A stretch of 64,000 nucleotides of DNA from positions 24,089,319-24,153,318 of the forward strand of contig OZ037768.1 of assembly GCA_964035545.1 (NCBI GenBank). The letters run 5' to 3'. Below are positions 1 through 13,348 of this stretch, in pieces. Both the position numbers and the translations under genes were made by a program. The notes beneath the pieces are model-generated. The model had not been told where the DNA came from. It did not search any database and worked only from the letters and a program-made list of their open reading frames with translations. Origin of the DNA: Bugula neritina (Eukaryota > Animalia > Bryozoa). The first letter of the stretch is position 1. Each line of letters opens with the position of its first letter.

Positions 1-1156
1 ACAAAGAAAGTCTCTAATGTAAATGATATGAAACCTCTTAGTGTAGATAACATCTCTTGCTTTTCAGAATGTTTTTAAGGAAAACACAATTAGCTTAATG
101 TGCTGTGGTAATTGTCTACACAACAATGACTTCAATGTGCTGCGTGTGTTGGAAATATGTTTAAAGTCTTCTCCACTTTGATGTGTTGTGATGTAATTTT
201 ATTATGTATTATATATTATATTATATATATTATATATTATGTATCAACATTCACAATTTGTTAGTATCTTCTTTTTGTAGACAGTTTAGTATTTCTAGTG
301 TAATGAATAGAATAAAATATAGAAATAATTGAAGTGGGCTGAAAATTTTTTCTTGTAATAATGGAATTTATTAACAATAGAGAGGATAACTACTAAATCT
401 TTCAAAGAACGGTTATAATTAATCATTTTCATGATTTCAAATTTTTCAAGACTTTCTGGTCATATACTGTTTTGGCAATCAAATGGTTTTAGCCTACGGT
501 CATCATATGTCAAAGTGTTTCGGCCCCTCCCCCCTCCCTTATGAGCGCTATAGAGGGGTAGCTACTATAATTAACGTTGTCAAAGTTGCCCGCTTATACA
601 GCTGTCTGTAGTAACCATTGCCAGCTACATCAGTTTAAATATATTCTGGCTGTGAATTAATATGTTGATCTCATGTATATATTCAATGTGATATCACGTC
701 TACTATAATCAGTAGTATGTCCAAAATGCATAATGTGTTTTCTCTTATATGCAATGGTATATTTTGGGAGGTATTTCAGAAATTTTCATTAATTATTATA
801 AAATCTAATTTTGGAAGCAATGCTTCAGTGAAGAATGATTCAGGTTGCAGTTCACTGATTTAATGAATTCATTACATAATGTTATTTATTATCTGGTCAC
901 CCTTGACTTTAATCTATTAGTACCTTCAGAGTTCAGTTAGACTAGAGAGAGAGTAGTATGTCACAGGCACTTCCTCCTTTATCACGTGACAAACTCTTGT
1001 CAATTCATAAATAAAGAAATAGCATGTGATATGCTATTATGATACAAGATACTGCCAACTGTGTTGTAATGTTTTTCTTAGTTGCTCAACTCACTGGTCT
1101 TGTCACTTGGAAAGATCCATAACTCTTATTAAAACGCATCAGGTTGCGAGAAAGTA

Positions 1157-1274
1157 GCTAGAAGCAGCACAGAGTTAGTGGTTACTCGGTGTATTGGTTG
1201 GGCGTGCTGAGTTTACACAACGAGGGCTATACAAATTTTGCACTCAGTCACCCCAACTCGGTGCTGCTTCTAGC
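1157..1274. mobile_element. Small MITE-like fold-back element
   Basis: gctagaagcagcacagagttagtggttact (from 1157) is an imperfect reverse complement of agtcaccccaactcggtgctgcttctagc (ending 1274); the outer 14 bp match perfectly. No clear TSD. Confidence 0.5.
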
Positions 1275-1393
1275 AATATTCAAGCTGCAACTGTGCGCAG
1301 ATTTGAGAGTTCTTCACATCGCTTTAGTTGTAGCATAAACTCTTCTGCAGATCTCTAACTCTGTATGTACAGAATGTGGTCTATTTGTTGTAG

Positions 1394-1883
1394 AAACAGA
1401 ACAGACAAGAGAACGGATATATACCACTTCACGGTGCTGGGTACTAGGGGGTCTTACTACGCCAAGAAGGGGGTCAACTTCAAGAGAGTGGTGGACCTCC
1501 TCCAGTACTACAAGAACAACGACTACGAGAATCACCTTGACATTCCCAACATCAGACTCGTGCACTCGTTAGACAAACCCGACTACGTCACGCCATATTC
1601 CTACGCCTCAGTCGAAGGTCGATTCGAGAATCTCATGGCTCATTTACGTCAATTAGATGAGGTGACCGGAGAGGAGATATGCGAGTGTGGCATAGGGGTG
1701 CGAGACGCCACCCTCCCTAATGGCTGGATGATGCATCTCACACCGGAGGAACCTAAACTAATTTTCTTTCAAAATGATGAACTCAACCTGACGCAGTGGG
1801 ATGTCCCTGAAGGCCTCTGGGAAAAGATAACTCCCAATCAAAGGCGACTCATTCATGAAAATAAGTTAGACAGTGCGGGCTAG
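1394..1883 (+). CDS. Terminal coding exon of an SH2-domain protein with a C-terminal WW-like domain (5' part not seen)
   Basis: Acceptor ttgtag|A at 1393/1394. IYHFTV...YY...F..VVDLLQYYK resembles the SH2 C-terminal half. LPNGWMMH...IFFQN...TQWDVP fits the WW pattern LPxGW...FF.N...T.W..P. Stop at 1881-1883. Confidence 0.7.
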
Positions 1884-2645
1884 TCCCCCCTCTGGACGTG
1901 TTCATTTGTAGATAATAAAACTAGTCTATTTTTATCACTCATAGTATTTATTATAATATTTTTATGTGTTCGTATTTTGCTTTACTATTCCTGTGCAGTA
2001 GTAATGTGCAATAATATCGTGGCGTTATATTTGAAGTAGTTAGCATAGTTAGTTCTCCTGGCAATACATTATTTCAAGCTTTTTACTTCCACAGGCATCT
2101 GATGGGAGTTGCTTTCCCATACACCATCTGGTGGGAGTTGCCTTCCCATACACCAAAATACATTTAACATTTCAAAGTCAGCATAATACTCCGTCAGCAA
2201 TTTTTATTTTTCCAAAATTTTTATTGTAGTTAATGTTTCACGCTATGATTAGTTTTTACAGTTTATCCAACTCCTACTTAATAAAATATTCTGAAGTTTG
2301 TGTAGAACCATCACACCTTTTGGAGTTACTTGTTAAAATCTTGTGTTGCACAACTTTGACTTTACTGTTATTATGGTTATGAAACTGTTGGTGTATAATA
2401 GTGTGTTGCGTCAACTGATGTGACCACATGTAGCAAGATGTCACCTGTACCGAGTAATCTTTGTACTTACAATGTTGGCTGTATATCAGAAATCACAGGC
2501 TAGACTCGAGGATATTAGAATTTAGTATATTCTCAATGAGTTGAGTTAAAATACATATACAAGTACATGTACAATGTGGAGACATAATATAACCTAGTGA
2601 CAAGGTATTTAACAGATAGAGAGGAAGTTCCAAGGAGTTATCACA

Positions 2646-5600
2646 TCACGTAGTAGGAGTTATCTCATCTGCTGGTATGTCATGACTATATTTACATTCG
2701 TCTCCATAATTACAACTTCCTGTTTTGTGGAAGTTTGCACAATAATGCTGTTTGTATCTGCCCTAAAACCAAATACATACTTGAAGAGCAAAACATAAAA
2801 TTATTAACAACTTAAATTCCCTCCAATGTTGGAACATGTAAAACACAATACCTTCTACTAGTCATACAGGCACATTCTATACCTAATCTATATTTTCCTC
2901 AATCTCTTATTGGCTACATTCTATACCTCGTCTATATCTTTCTTCAATCTCTTATTGGCTCTTTTGTTTTGGTTTTGCTTTCTCTTCTCCGTTTGATCAT
3001 GAAAGTCGTTCGTAGCTTTAGCCTTGGGTCCCCAGTCTTTCTTCCCATTCTGGTATCTAAACAGAGGCAGTAGAATACTGACTATATTATCATATTACAC
3101 AGTAGAATACTGACTATACTATCATATTACACAGTAGAATACTGACTATACTATCATATTACACAGTAGAATACTGACTATATTATCATATTACACAGTA
3201 GAATACTGACTATATTATCATATTACACAGTAGAATACTGACTATATTATCATATTACACAGTAGAATACTGACTATATTATCATATTACACAGTAGAAT
3301 ACTGACTATATTATCATATTACACAGTAGAATACTGACTATATTATCATATTACACAGTAGAATACTGACTATATTATCATATTACACAGTAGAATACTG
3401 ACTATATTATCATATTACACAGTAGAATACTGACTATACTATCATATTACACAGTAGAATACTGACTATATTATCATATTACACAGTAGAATACTGACTA
3501 TATTATCATATTACACAGTAGAATACTGACTATATTATCATATTACACAGTAGAATACTGACTATACTATCATATTACACAGTAGAATACTGACTATATT
3601 ATCATATTACACAGTAGAATACTGACTATATTATCATATTACACAGTAAAAAACTTACCGCAAAAGTCCCAACTTTTTAGACTCTGGTTCCGCATTTTCA
3701 TGAAGCTCAAAATTTGCTGTTAGCTCAGGTTCTTTCCCCAAAATAAAAGCGCAAGGTGTGCCCTCTATTATCCTCTTCTCGTTTATAGTGTGGATCTTAG
3801 CCCAACATCTCATTATATCCTTTGAGAAAAACCATTTACTGGGGTTAAACTGGCCATTTACAAATAAACAACTTATCTGATAAGAAAATATGATAGTTGA
3901 AAATATATTTTCAACAGATTGTTACGATCATTAACAAAGGGCCATCGTATTAACTAAAGATTACAAAACAATGCAGTCAAGTTATATAATAATGTAGGAG
4001 AATCTTACCCATAGGACAGAGGGTGGAGCATCTGTCTTTATAGAGTTGATAGCTGCATGAGATAGTGATACTCTGTACCCAGCATGGAGAATGGCAGACC
4101 TACACAGCAACATAGATAAGTAGACTAGATATTGTAATACATAGTAGACATTGTGATACACAGTAGACATTGTGATACACAGTAGACTAGACATTGTGAT
4201 ACACAGTAGACTAGTTATTGTGATACACAGTAGACTAGTTATTGTGATACACAGTAGACTAGTTATTGTGATACACAGTAGACTAGACATTGTGATACAC
4301 AGTAGACTAGACATTGTGATACACAGTAGACTGGACATTGTGATACACAGTAGACTAGTCATGATGATGTGTACAGGAAACCCACCTGATGGGCAGAAAG
4401 CCGGGTGACATGGAGTGTATAACGGAGCTCAGCTTGTCTGGCAGATAGTAGAGAGCAACGTCAGGAAGCTCTTCGGATATTAGAGTCATCATCCCAATAA
4501 CACGCTTTGACGTACCAAACTTTTCCTCATTTATTCTCACCCGAGATATCAGTCTGTTGACAAAGCTCATGTCGTGTATTGGGGCTGACCATAGCGGGCC
4601 GCCTGCATTTACAAAACATCACCTGCATTGACAGCATTAACAGCTTTCTAGTCTGGGTGATGCATTTCATTGGTCACATATGAAACCCGAAGAGAATAAA
4701 GGTGGTGAAAAGTTACAATTATATGACATAGATATTAGAAACTACGAGTGGATAGCCACAGATTCCTAGAATAAAATACCTATGTGATAAGGGTGGTTAC
4801 AGTGACAACACAACTTGTTCACAGAAGGCGCAGTAGCGAAAGTAAACTTCTTGTGAACTTGTCCATTGGGCAGCACTGATTCAACAATACGACCTGCAAT
4901 AAAAGTGAGAGATAAAAAGCCGAACCCAGGCAGAAAGAAAAGCCATGTTAATGCATCGAGTTTCTGATTCAATAGCGTAGCGGACTAACCGAGAGGCTGT
5001 AAATAGTGAGCTGAACATCCTGAGCACTCGTACAACATGGCCGACTTGCTAGCCGACTCTTTCACCTTCTGAGGCCCGGAATAAACTCGCACAAACACTC
5101 TGCAGTAGAAGTCCACGCTCACCGACAACAGCGGCACGATGTACTTGGCGTACCGGTTGGCATACGAGTCTATCGTCCTGAGAACTATTCTCAGAGCTAT
5201 TTCATGGCAACTCTTACTCTTCAGTGACATTGCGCCGTACGCAGCGAAACACTTCTCACTAGCATTACCGCACAGTATGGCCATGTCGGTGCACGTCACA
5301 CACAGCAGACCACCATCTTTGACAGCCTGTACGGCGGAGTCTAGAAACAGTGTAGGTCCACCGTAAGGATCAAGGTCTATGACATCAAACAACTTCTTCT
5401 TATCTCTACTCGCTTTATACATAAGCATTGCCGCATCGTCACACGAAGCTGTCATTAAATTTTGCACATCGTTGAGTTCAATATTTTTCTTCATTGTTTC
5501 TACTGCATCGTAACTGTAGTCATTTGCTACGACTTCTTTTATGCCGCTCATCTCTTTGCAGAACCTAACAGAGCGTAGACCAGAAGCTGCTAGAGCCTCC

Positions 5601-6036
5601 AGTATTCTTAAACCACCAGCGTGTACCACACCAGGAGCCATGTCGTCTGTATCCAAACTCACACTGACATTCACATCGTCTTCTGCATCTTCTTCTAGCT
5701 CCAACTGTGAGCTCAAACCAATTCCTAAATGAAAAACAAGCACAATTTAAACATTCTTTCAAATTATTTGTGTTTGTTACAAGTATTCGTAAAGCTCGGC
5801 CTTAGATGAATTGCCGGTTAACCTTGACCTTTTTTACCTGAACTCTCAGGAGTTGCCTTCTTCAACTGCTTGCGTTTTTTATTTGCATGTTCCTCTCTGG
5901 TGAGTCGGCCGTACTCACTGATCACATTGATAGTGAGGTCTCTATTAAACTCTTGTACCGGGTTATAGAAAACTCCTTTAGGGAGATACGTCTTCGCCAA
6001 GCCTTCAGTTACAAGGTTTGGCACATCAGCCGCCAT
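2646..6036 (-). CDS. TRMT1: tRNA (guanine26-N2)-dimethyltransferase, 8 coding exons
   Basis: Exons 6036-5823, 5724-4990, 4893-4780, 4602-4386, 4099-4009, 3819-3659, 3056-2927 and 2762-2646 join in frame with GT-AG introns. Motifs [49 protein letters not shown] and KTDAP are present, plus a C-terminal CCCH finger ([20 protein letters not shown]). Confidence 0.96.
3068..3647. repeat. Intronic minisatellite, 32-bp unit, about 18 copies
   Basis: Unit cagtagaatactgactatattatcatattaca fills nearly all of the TRMT1 intron at 3057-3658. Confidence 0.95.
4143..4358. repeat. Intronic minisatellite, 24-bp unit
   Basis: Unit acattgtgatacacagtagactag in a TRMT1 intron. Confidence 0.9.
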
Positions 6037-8305
6037 TTTGGTGCACAAACTAACACTTTGCAAACAAATAACACTGTATTTGTACGACAACTTCAACTTT
6101 CTAAAATATAAAAGGAAATATATTTCATCATACTTATATGATAATTTATGTTACATTTATAATTTATACTAACTTCTTAGCAAAATAATGAAAGACTGAG
6201 ATTTGAGATTGGGGTCATAAATAATACCAGTCACAATAACTATAAGTTCATTTTATTTTACATTATTTATTTAGTAAAAGTTTTATTTATTTATTCATGA
6301 ATTCACAATTCTCTGACTTCTTACTATCTTGGATTTTAAAAAGTTTTTTGGAAATAAAAGCTGCAACAACTCAAAATTAAATATAAAAGATTGATATAAT
6401 GATAATCTCAACTAGTAGTACTCCTATTGCTATTAGTATTAGCTACTAGCATTACTAGTAGTAGTATTACTACATCTACTAGTACTAGAACTAGAAGCAA
6501 AACTAGAACTAGAAGCAAAACTTAAACTACAAATATTATTATATTAAATTTATAATCATAATCATCATAATGATAATCTAAATCATGGTGATAATCTACA
6601 TCATTCATTCAATTTCATTGATCATTATGATTATGATTATTATTATATTCAATTTTATGTATTACTATTACATCATGCATTGAAATTTTAAATGCCAGCA
6701 GCAAATATGAATAGAGTGTAGGTTGGAAATTAAATCAAAAGTTTGAACTCAACTTGAAATTAAAATGAGTTCCAACTTGATCATTACAGTGACTATCAGC
6801 TCACAGCATGAGTGTGATCATTCAGGGTTATTGTGATCATGCAACTGAAAAGTAGCGGATACGGTTTTGTTACCTTTTTGATAAAAGTTTGTCATAAATT
6901 AGTTGTCCTTGAAACGTCGTAAGATATTTAAACATTTTCTGTAGTTTAACGTATTTTATACATTTATGGGAATGCCCCAAATTATCAGTAGCGATTACGT
7001 TTTACGCTTTAATAAGTCTAAAAATGAGTGGGACCAATGAACTCAATAATTATTCCAGCTCAGTGAGTGGGACATTAAACTTCTACAGTATGAGTAAGTA
7101 TTACCCTAAGCTCAGTGTAAGTATGGCTGCATGTAAGTCTCAGTGGCGTTACAGTACATTATCATTATGTGATAACCAATTATTTTGATTAAATAATGAT
7201 AGAAATATAGAACATATAGAATGGTTGTTCATATCTTCATATTTTTTTCATTAGAAATAGAACTAGATGGATTAATTTTAAAAGCCGTCACCATGCCTCA
7301 TTTTGATTTTGTAGATCATTTACAAACTGCTGACACTTTTTTGTTGCTATTCTACATTTTGTAACATTTATGCTCGTTGTTAGAAAAAAGCTTTACAGTG
7401 AAACAAAATATGATTTTATACATTTAATGAGGAGGAACTTGGCATGAGTCAGACTCTACTACTATAAATATAAGTACGACTCAATAACTGAATAAGTATA
7501 TTATACTGCACCATAAAGTCGGCCCCAACTTTTTATTTGCGTATTGATGTTTCTACTAAAACTGTTAAAAAAAGTGTAAGTAAGTGAGAATTTAATAAAA
7601 TAGAATCTTTTTGACTTTTTCTAATAGTAATAGGTGTTCCTCGTCTTATTTTCAGATTTTTTAGAATTGTCTCATAATATCAAAATACAAGTATGATTAT
7701 CTCATTTGTAGTGAACTAACAAAAATTTTTCTTTTGATCATTACTGGTGAAGCTGGCTTGATCATGTAGTAAATGACTAGTGAATGCCTGTATTTAACCT
7801 CTACTAGAGTTGTCAGGAATCCAGATTAGTCAATTCGCAATTGTGACTTAAAATCAGGTGAAATTAGTGTTAAATTTAAATCATTATTTAATCAATTTAT
7901 AACAATTCACAAAAGCTAAGAAATATAGTACCGAAAGCATTTATTTTTCATTACATGTGTCACTATGACAACTAATATTTATATCTGCTAACTTTTTACA
8001 GTTCCAATAGCAGTTTACTTCCACCTCATTTTGATTGCATTGATTGCAAAGCAAGTAAAAATTTATGTCTACTAGTTTACCATCAGCTACTCACAGTATT
8101 TTATTTATGTTTAATAGCAAGTGTCTATTTTGACAATTGATTTTCTGGCCAAACTGTCTTTTTACTTGATACTTTTTAAACTTGATGTAATTTAAAGTAT
8201 TGAATTCAAAATAATTTGTTTTAAGATTTATTATAAAATTAAAACTTCACAGTAAATATGCTGTAATATATTATCAATAAGTAAATGTCATTTTTGCTGT
8301 CCATT

Positions 8306-11300
8306 TTATGACGGAAGAATATTTTTGATAATATGAGCTGCTTCCAACGTAACCGTAGCTCCCCTTTTTACTCTCGGGTCACTTACTGGAACACTCATTC
8401 TACAAATAATATGCAATAACATGTTATTATAAAGTATGAATATGATATTTTGACATAACTTATTGCAAAAATTTTCAAAGAGACTGATTACTGATACAAT
8501 AGTTAATTGCTTTGAAAGAATTGTGAATAGGTTCAATTTGTCAACATTTCAAAAGAAAATTTAAAAAACATACAAATGTTATCCACTGTATACTTTACTT
8601 GAGCAATAATTATACAGTAGTACATGCATCAATAAATTGAAAGCTCATTTTATTTACAAGCAATGATTTTGATGAGACACCAAACTTACTTGACGTTAGT
8701 CTGTTGATTGACAACAAAGAGTGGGTTGACGTGACTCAGCACTTCGTCGTTCACAGAAATACCATCCAAATACTGCTTTAGGAGAGATCGCAGCTGGGCA
8801 TTCTCCTGCGCCATGTTAGCTTTCTCTTTGTCTAGCGCACACTTGTCCAGTAAAACTTTATTATATCTTTTCCAAAAGTTTTCTAAGGCCACGTAATCTG
8901 TCATCACCTAAATAATCAACTCTATTTTATTATCCTAATATTTTTATATTGCATTTAATACATTCGAAAACCTACCAATAACTTCTTTCTAATCTCATTC
9001 AATTTAGCAAAATCAAATATATACTTGACTTAAAAAATCATAGACTAGACATATTTGTTCCTATTGTAATAGTCTAAGCCTAAGGCCACACGGTGCGTAT
9101 TTTCGCATGCGAAAAATAAAATCGCGAGTAGCAAAGGTGTCCACTGTGCGCGTTGAGAAAACGTTCGCACTTGCGTTGAAAATGCTGAGCGACAAGTGCG
9201 AATCGTCTCTGTCATCGTCACCTAATTGGCTGGTAGCTATTCAGCGAGCGCAATTTCTTTAATTTAGTGCTACATTCCAGCAAATTGCGTTCTATTGAAA
9301 GCGAGTGCGATTTAAAAATGAAAGCTTTATTTATCACGCATCACTGACGCTACAGTGGACACCTTTGCTACTTGTGATTTCAATTTTCGCATGCGAAAAT
9401 ACGCACCGTGTGGCCCTAGGCTAACTGAATTTAATATATCCTAATTTTTACTTAAAATCAAAAACACTTGACAAAAGAAAATCGAAAACAGGACATATGT
9501 TATTCATTTATTGTAATGTTTATATGAAATGCTCTTAGAGTTATCCTGCACGTATACAAATCAGACAACACAATACCTCAGCAAGAGGCTGAGCAGGTGG
9601 CTCTTGGACCACGGCTGCCAGATCTGCTTGTTCATTCTCTGTGAGTGATGTGGCGTAGAAGGGCAGTACCTTCTCTTCTTCAGTCTCTAGTTTTCTGCAC
9701 ATCTCTGCTAGTTTCAGAATTCTTTCTCCCTATGAAGTATTTAATACTTGATATTATATTCTCCATACTGAATGTGTTGACATTGTTTCACAATGATTTA
9801 TTTAAACAGTCAGCTTGATTTTACAGGGAGAATTGTTTGGCGCAATTTAGCCCAAGTGGTGAAATATCTTTGGTTTTATGAAAGACTGAGACATTTTTGT
9901 TGTAATGATTCTATAAATAAAATAATTACTTCAACGAAATGCATGCAGTGTTTGTACCTTGGCTGTGACTCTCTTTAGCTCCTTAATGGCAGCATTGCTC
10001 TGTAAAGTCAGCACCAACAACTCTGCCCGAGCAGCTTCACGGAGTTTATTCATTTGTCCCTTCAGTTCTTGGAAATGTGCCAACATGATCTCTCTTTCCT
10101 CTTTCAAGACTTTGTTTCTGTCTTCACATTCCTTGGCATTGGCGGCCATTTTGGCTTTTAGTTTTGCAATTTCATCCTGAATAAAGTTAATATACAATGT
10201 GCCAATTACAAGTTCAATTTTCAGAAGTCATTAAAAAGTTTATCGTTAGTAACTTACAGAGAGGTATTGTAACTTTCGCATCTGTACTTCTATTTCATGA
10301 GCGCTTTTCTCATCCTTTGCTTTTAAGTCTTCAAAAGCTTTTCTTCTTTCTTCTGTAGTTTCTGTATAATTCTTGAGTGCTAGTTGGAACTGATTCCACA
10401 GCTCCTCCACCGTCATTTCCAGGTTTACCCGAAGTGCGTGTTTTTCTTCCATATTCTAAAAATAGTGTTTAGTTCAAAACTGTAAAACATCTGTACAACT
10501 GCTGGCATCAATTCAACATGTTTATAAAGTAGCTTATTACTAATACCAGAATACCAAACTCGGGTTTCTATCATAACAAAAGTTTTTAATTCAATTTATT
10601 TTATATAGTTTGTTTTTACCTTGTTCTTTATTTCATCTCTCATACTTTGAAACTCTGACTTAGCTTCATTTTCTCTGTCTTGAAAGTTTTGATCCATTGC
10701 AAACAGGATGTCAGCAAGATCATTCATTTCTTCTAGATGTTTCTCAATCATCATCTGTCTCTCTGTAATCAGTAAGTTAGTATATTGAAACTGTAACAAC
10801 TTCCTAGTCTTGATAAGTATATAAAGTTCAAATTATAAAACTTGCGATGCTTCATTCTCAGCTTGAATTTTAGTTCAGAATCAAAAGAAGCTACCTGTGT
10901 CAAACTCGTGTTTTAAAATCTCTAATTCTTCTTCATATTCTCTGAGTAGAGTATCAAGTCGCTCTTCTTGTAGGTCTAAAAGACAAGTTTATACTAAAAG
11001 ATGTTCATATAGCATTAGTGATTGGCGAATGAAAACAACAGGTTATTAGATCTTTATGAATGCAATAGAGTTTAGTAGATTAGTAATACTATTTTGGAAG
11101 GCTGATCACTCTTAAGCATAGTGTTCTTGCTCACCTACAAGTTTGTCAACATTGGTAAGGTGACTCCGCAAAGCCATCGCATACTGCTCTTCTGCTTCTG
11201 AAACATCTTTTGCCAATGACTTAATGACACTCTCTTTTCTGTCCACAATTCTTTCGAATGTTTGACTCAAAATTTCAATGTCTTTCTTCAACTCTCTTGA

Positions 11301-11612
11301 CTTGGCTTCCCTCATAATGTTACGCCATTGATGATTTAGCTTGTGTAGATTGAACCGAGTTGCCTTTTCCTCTTTGGCTAACTTTTCCTATATTTTAGGT
11401 AATTAATATTTCTGATGATTTAGTACAATGATTAATTACACCAAACTAAATTTTAGCAAAAGTTGCATACCAACCTTCAAGTATACAACAAGCATGTCTT
11501 CTTTCTTTTTTCTCAATTCTTCTTCTGCCAGTCGCTGTTGCTCCAGATACAGCATCCTCTCCTCTTCTGTCATCTTTGCCAATTTTCCAGATCCTTTCTT
11601 TTTGCCTGCCAT
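8306..11612 (-). CDS. CCDC65: Dynein regulatory complex subunit 2 (CCDC65/DRC2), 9 coding exons
   Basis: Exons 11612-11475, 11387-11135, 10975-10895, 10762-10620, 10455-10258, 10176-9958, 9729-9577, 8907-8690 and 8399-8306 join in frame. Motifs [60 protein letters not shown] and [10 protein letters not shown]. Confidence 0.95.
9078..9421. mobile_element. MITE with long TIRs and TAA TSD (PIF/Harbinger-like), in a CCDC65 intron
   Basis: Left end gcctaaggccacacggtgcgtattttcgcatgcgaaaa...gtagcaaaggtgtccactg mirrors right end cagtggacacctttgctac...ttttcgcatgcgaaaatacgcaccgtgtggccctaggc. TAA lies at 9075-9077 and 9422-9424. Confidence 0.85.
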
Positions 11613-12140
11613 ACTTATGCTGCCTTTGTCAGTAGTAAATTACGTTTATATTGAGTACAAACAATTATTAGGAAAGTTCGATTGCCATCTCAGTCTTGAG
11701 ATAAGAAAGGTCATTTACTACTTTAGCATTTTTAGAAATTATGTCATTTTTCTCACTTCACAAAAGCTTTATGAATTGCAACGAGCATATTTATGAATTT
11801 AGTGAATACATATACTAACAATAATGAAAATATAATGATATAATCATAATATGTAAATAAATTACTCATTTAATGAATATCAGGTATAACAGAATATAGC
11901 CTTCTTTTTCATCTAGGATTATCATCGACATTTACCAATATTCATTTGTTATGGTTTGATACAAAGTATCATAATTATTTAATTAAAATAACGCTGGAAT
12001 TTTAATAATAATAAATTACGTTTCATAGAAAAAAGTCTCACCTCAGGAAGGAATTTTTAAGCAATTATAACTTATTTCTAATTATTTGACGTGAACTTTT
12101 CTGTCAGTTACTAGTTGACCTTGGAATATGATGTTTAGAC

Positions 12141-12154
12141 GCCGCTATAGCAAC
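12141..12154. promoter_or_regulatory. Candidate RFX X-box between the divergent CCDC65 and CEP89 genes
   Basis: gccgctatagcaac has a good TAGCAAC half-site with a central AT and a degenerate other half. Both flanking genes are cilium or centriole genes. Confidence 0.45.
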
Positions 12155-13348
12155 CTTTGAAAATAGTGCGGGTTCTCAACGGGTAGGAGATAATAATTCA
12201 ACAGCCACAAATAGCCAATTAGTTTTGTTTAAAACGCAGGCTTTTTGTGAAACGGAAAAGTCTGGTTGTTCGCTCTTTTATACAATTAGCAAGAAAAATA
12301 AAATACTGTTTAATATATTGTACGAGTTTTAATAGTCTAGAAATTAGGAACAACCGTTAATAATTTGCGTTGCTTTGTAGAATTTATGCTAAAATATGAT
12401 TGCAAGAGTGAAATGTCACTCTCAAGCTTAAATTCAAGTTTGGTTTTAATAAATTATCAAAATGATAATAATTATTATAACATCATGATAATAAAATCAA
12501 GCACGTTGAGTATTATTCAAATTATGATTATTGCAAAATAATCATCGTAATCGCTGACTGTAACTAGCAATATTGACTATCATTGACTATGCCTATAGTG
12601 ATGGTCAGCTAACTACAATGATTGTAGTTAGCTGATTGTAACCATCATAATCACTTCATAATCATAATGATATTGTAATTAATAATAATTCCATTGAGTG
12701 AATCGTTGATGTTCACAGTTTGAGTTTCTCAATTAATAATTTTGCTTTTAAGGTTGAAATATAAAGATAAATCTGATTAATTTATGGTAATATAATTTGA
12801 CATTTAAAATTTTCTAAGCTTTGCACTGCTGTCTGTTTGTCTAATGACAAATATGAATATGAACATCACAATCATGATGCTTATAGTTATAGTTATTGAT
12901 ATTATTTTTCTCTTGTTTTGCAAATTAAAATATAAATTGCCATGTAAGTTTAAAAACCGAAGCTGGCATATATCATCATTATCTTTATTCATGTCGATTA
13001 TGAAGTTGAATGATGAAAAATAGAATACTTTTAATTGTCAATGTCTAAGTTGTTGGCATGAGTATTATAATAAACTATTGATAAAATTATAGCCAGTTTA
13101 TTTAGGTGTGGAGGTGTGTATTTATTGCTTTTATAATTAATTATTTTATGTATATCTATTGGTATTATTATTATTATTACATTGATTTTTCCATGGCAGA
13201 TGCAGTGATAATGATTAGTGTGGCACTCTATTATTACATAGACATTATTTTATCAACTATTTTTAGAATGACTATTATGTCTATGCATTGTATTAATGTA
13301 GCTCTATTGCTTATATTAGTCAGATTTAAGAATTTGAAGTGAATCAAG

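Noticed and set aside
2096-2153. Two copies of a 29-bp sequence, each with a small tggga/tccca hairpin
   Set aside because: No spacer between the copies; a simple tandem duplication with no support for a CRISPR or ncRNA call.
3982-4408. Repeat-peptide ORFs (SLLCIT, IVIHSRL)
   Set aside because: Translations of an intronic 24-bp minisatellite; only 4099-4009 is a real TRMT1 exon.
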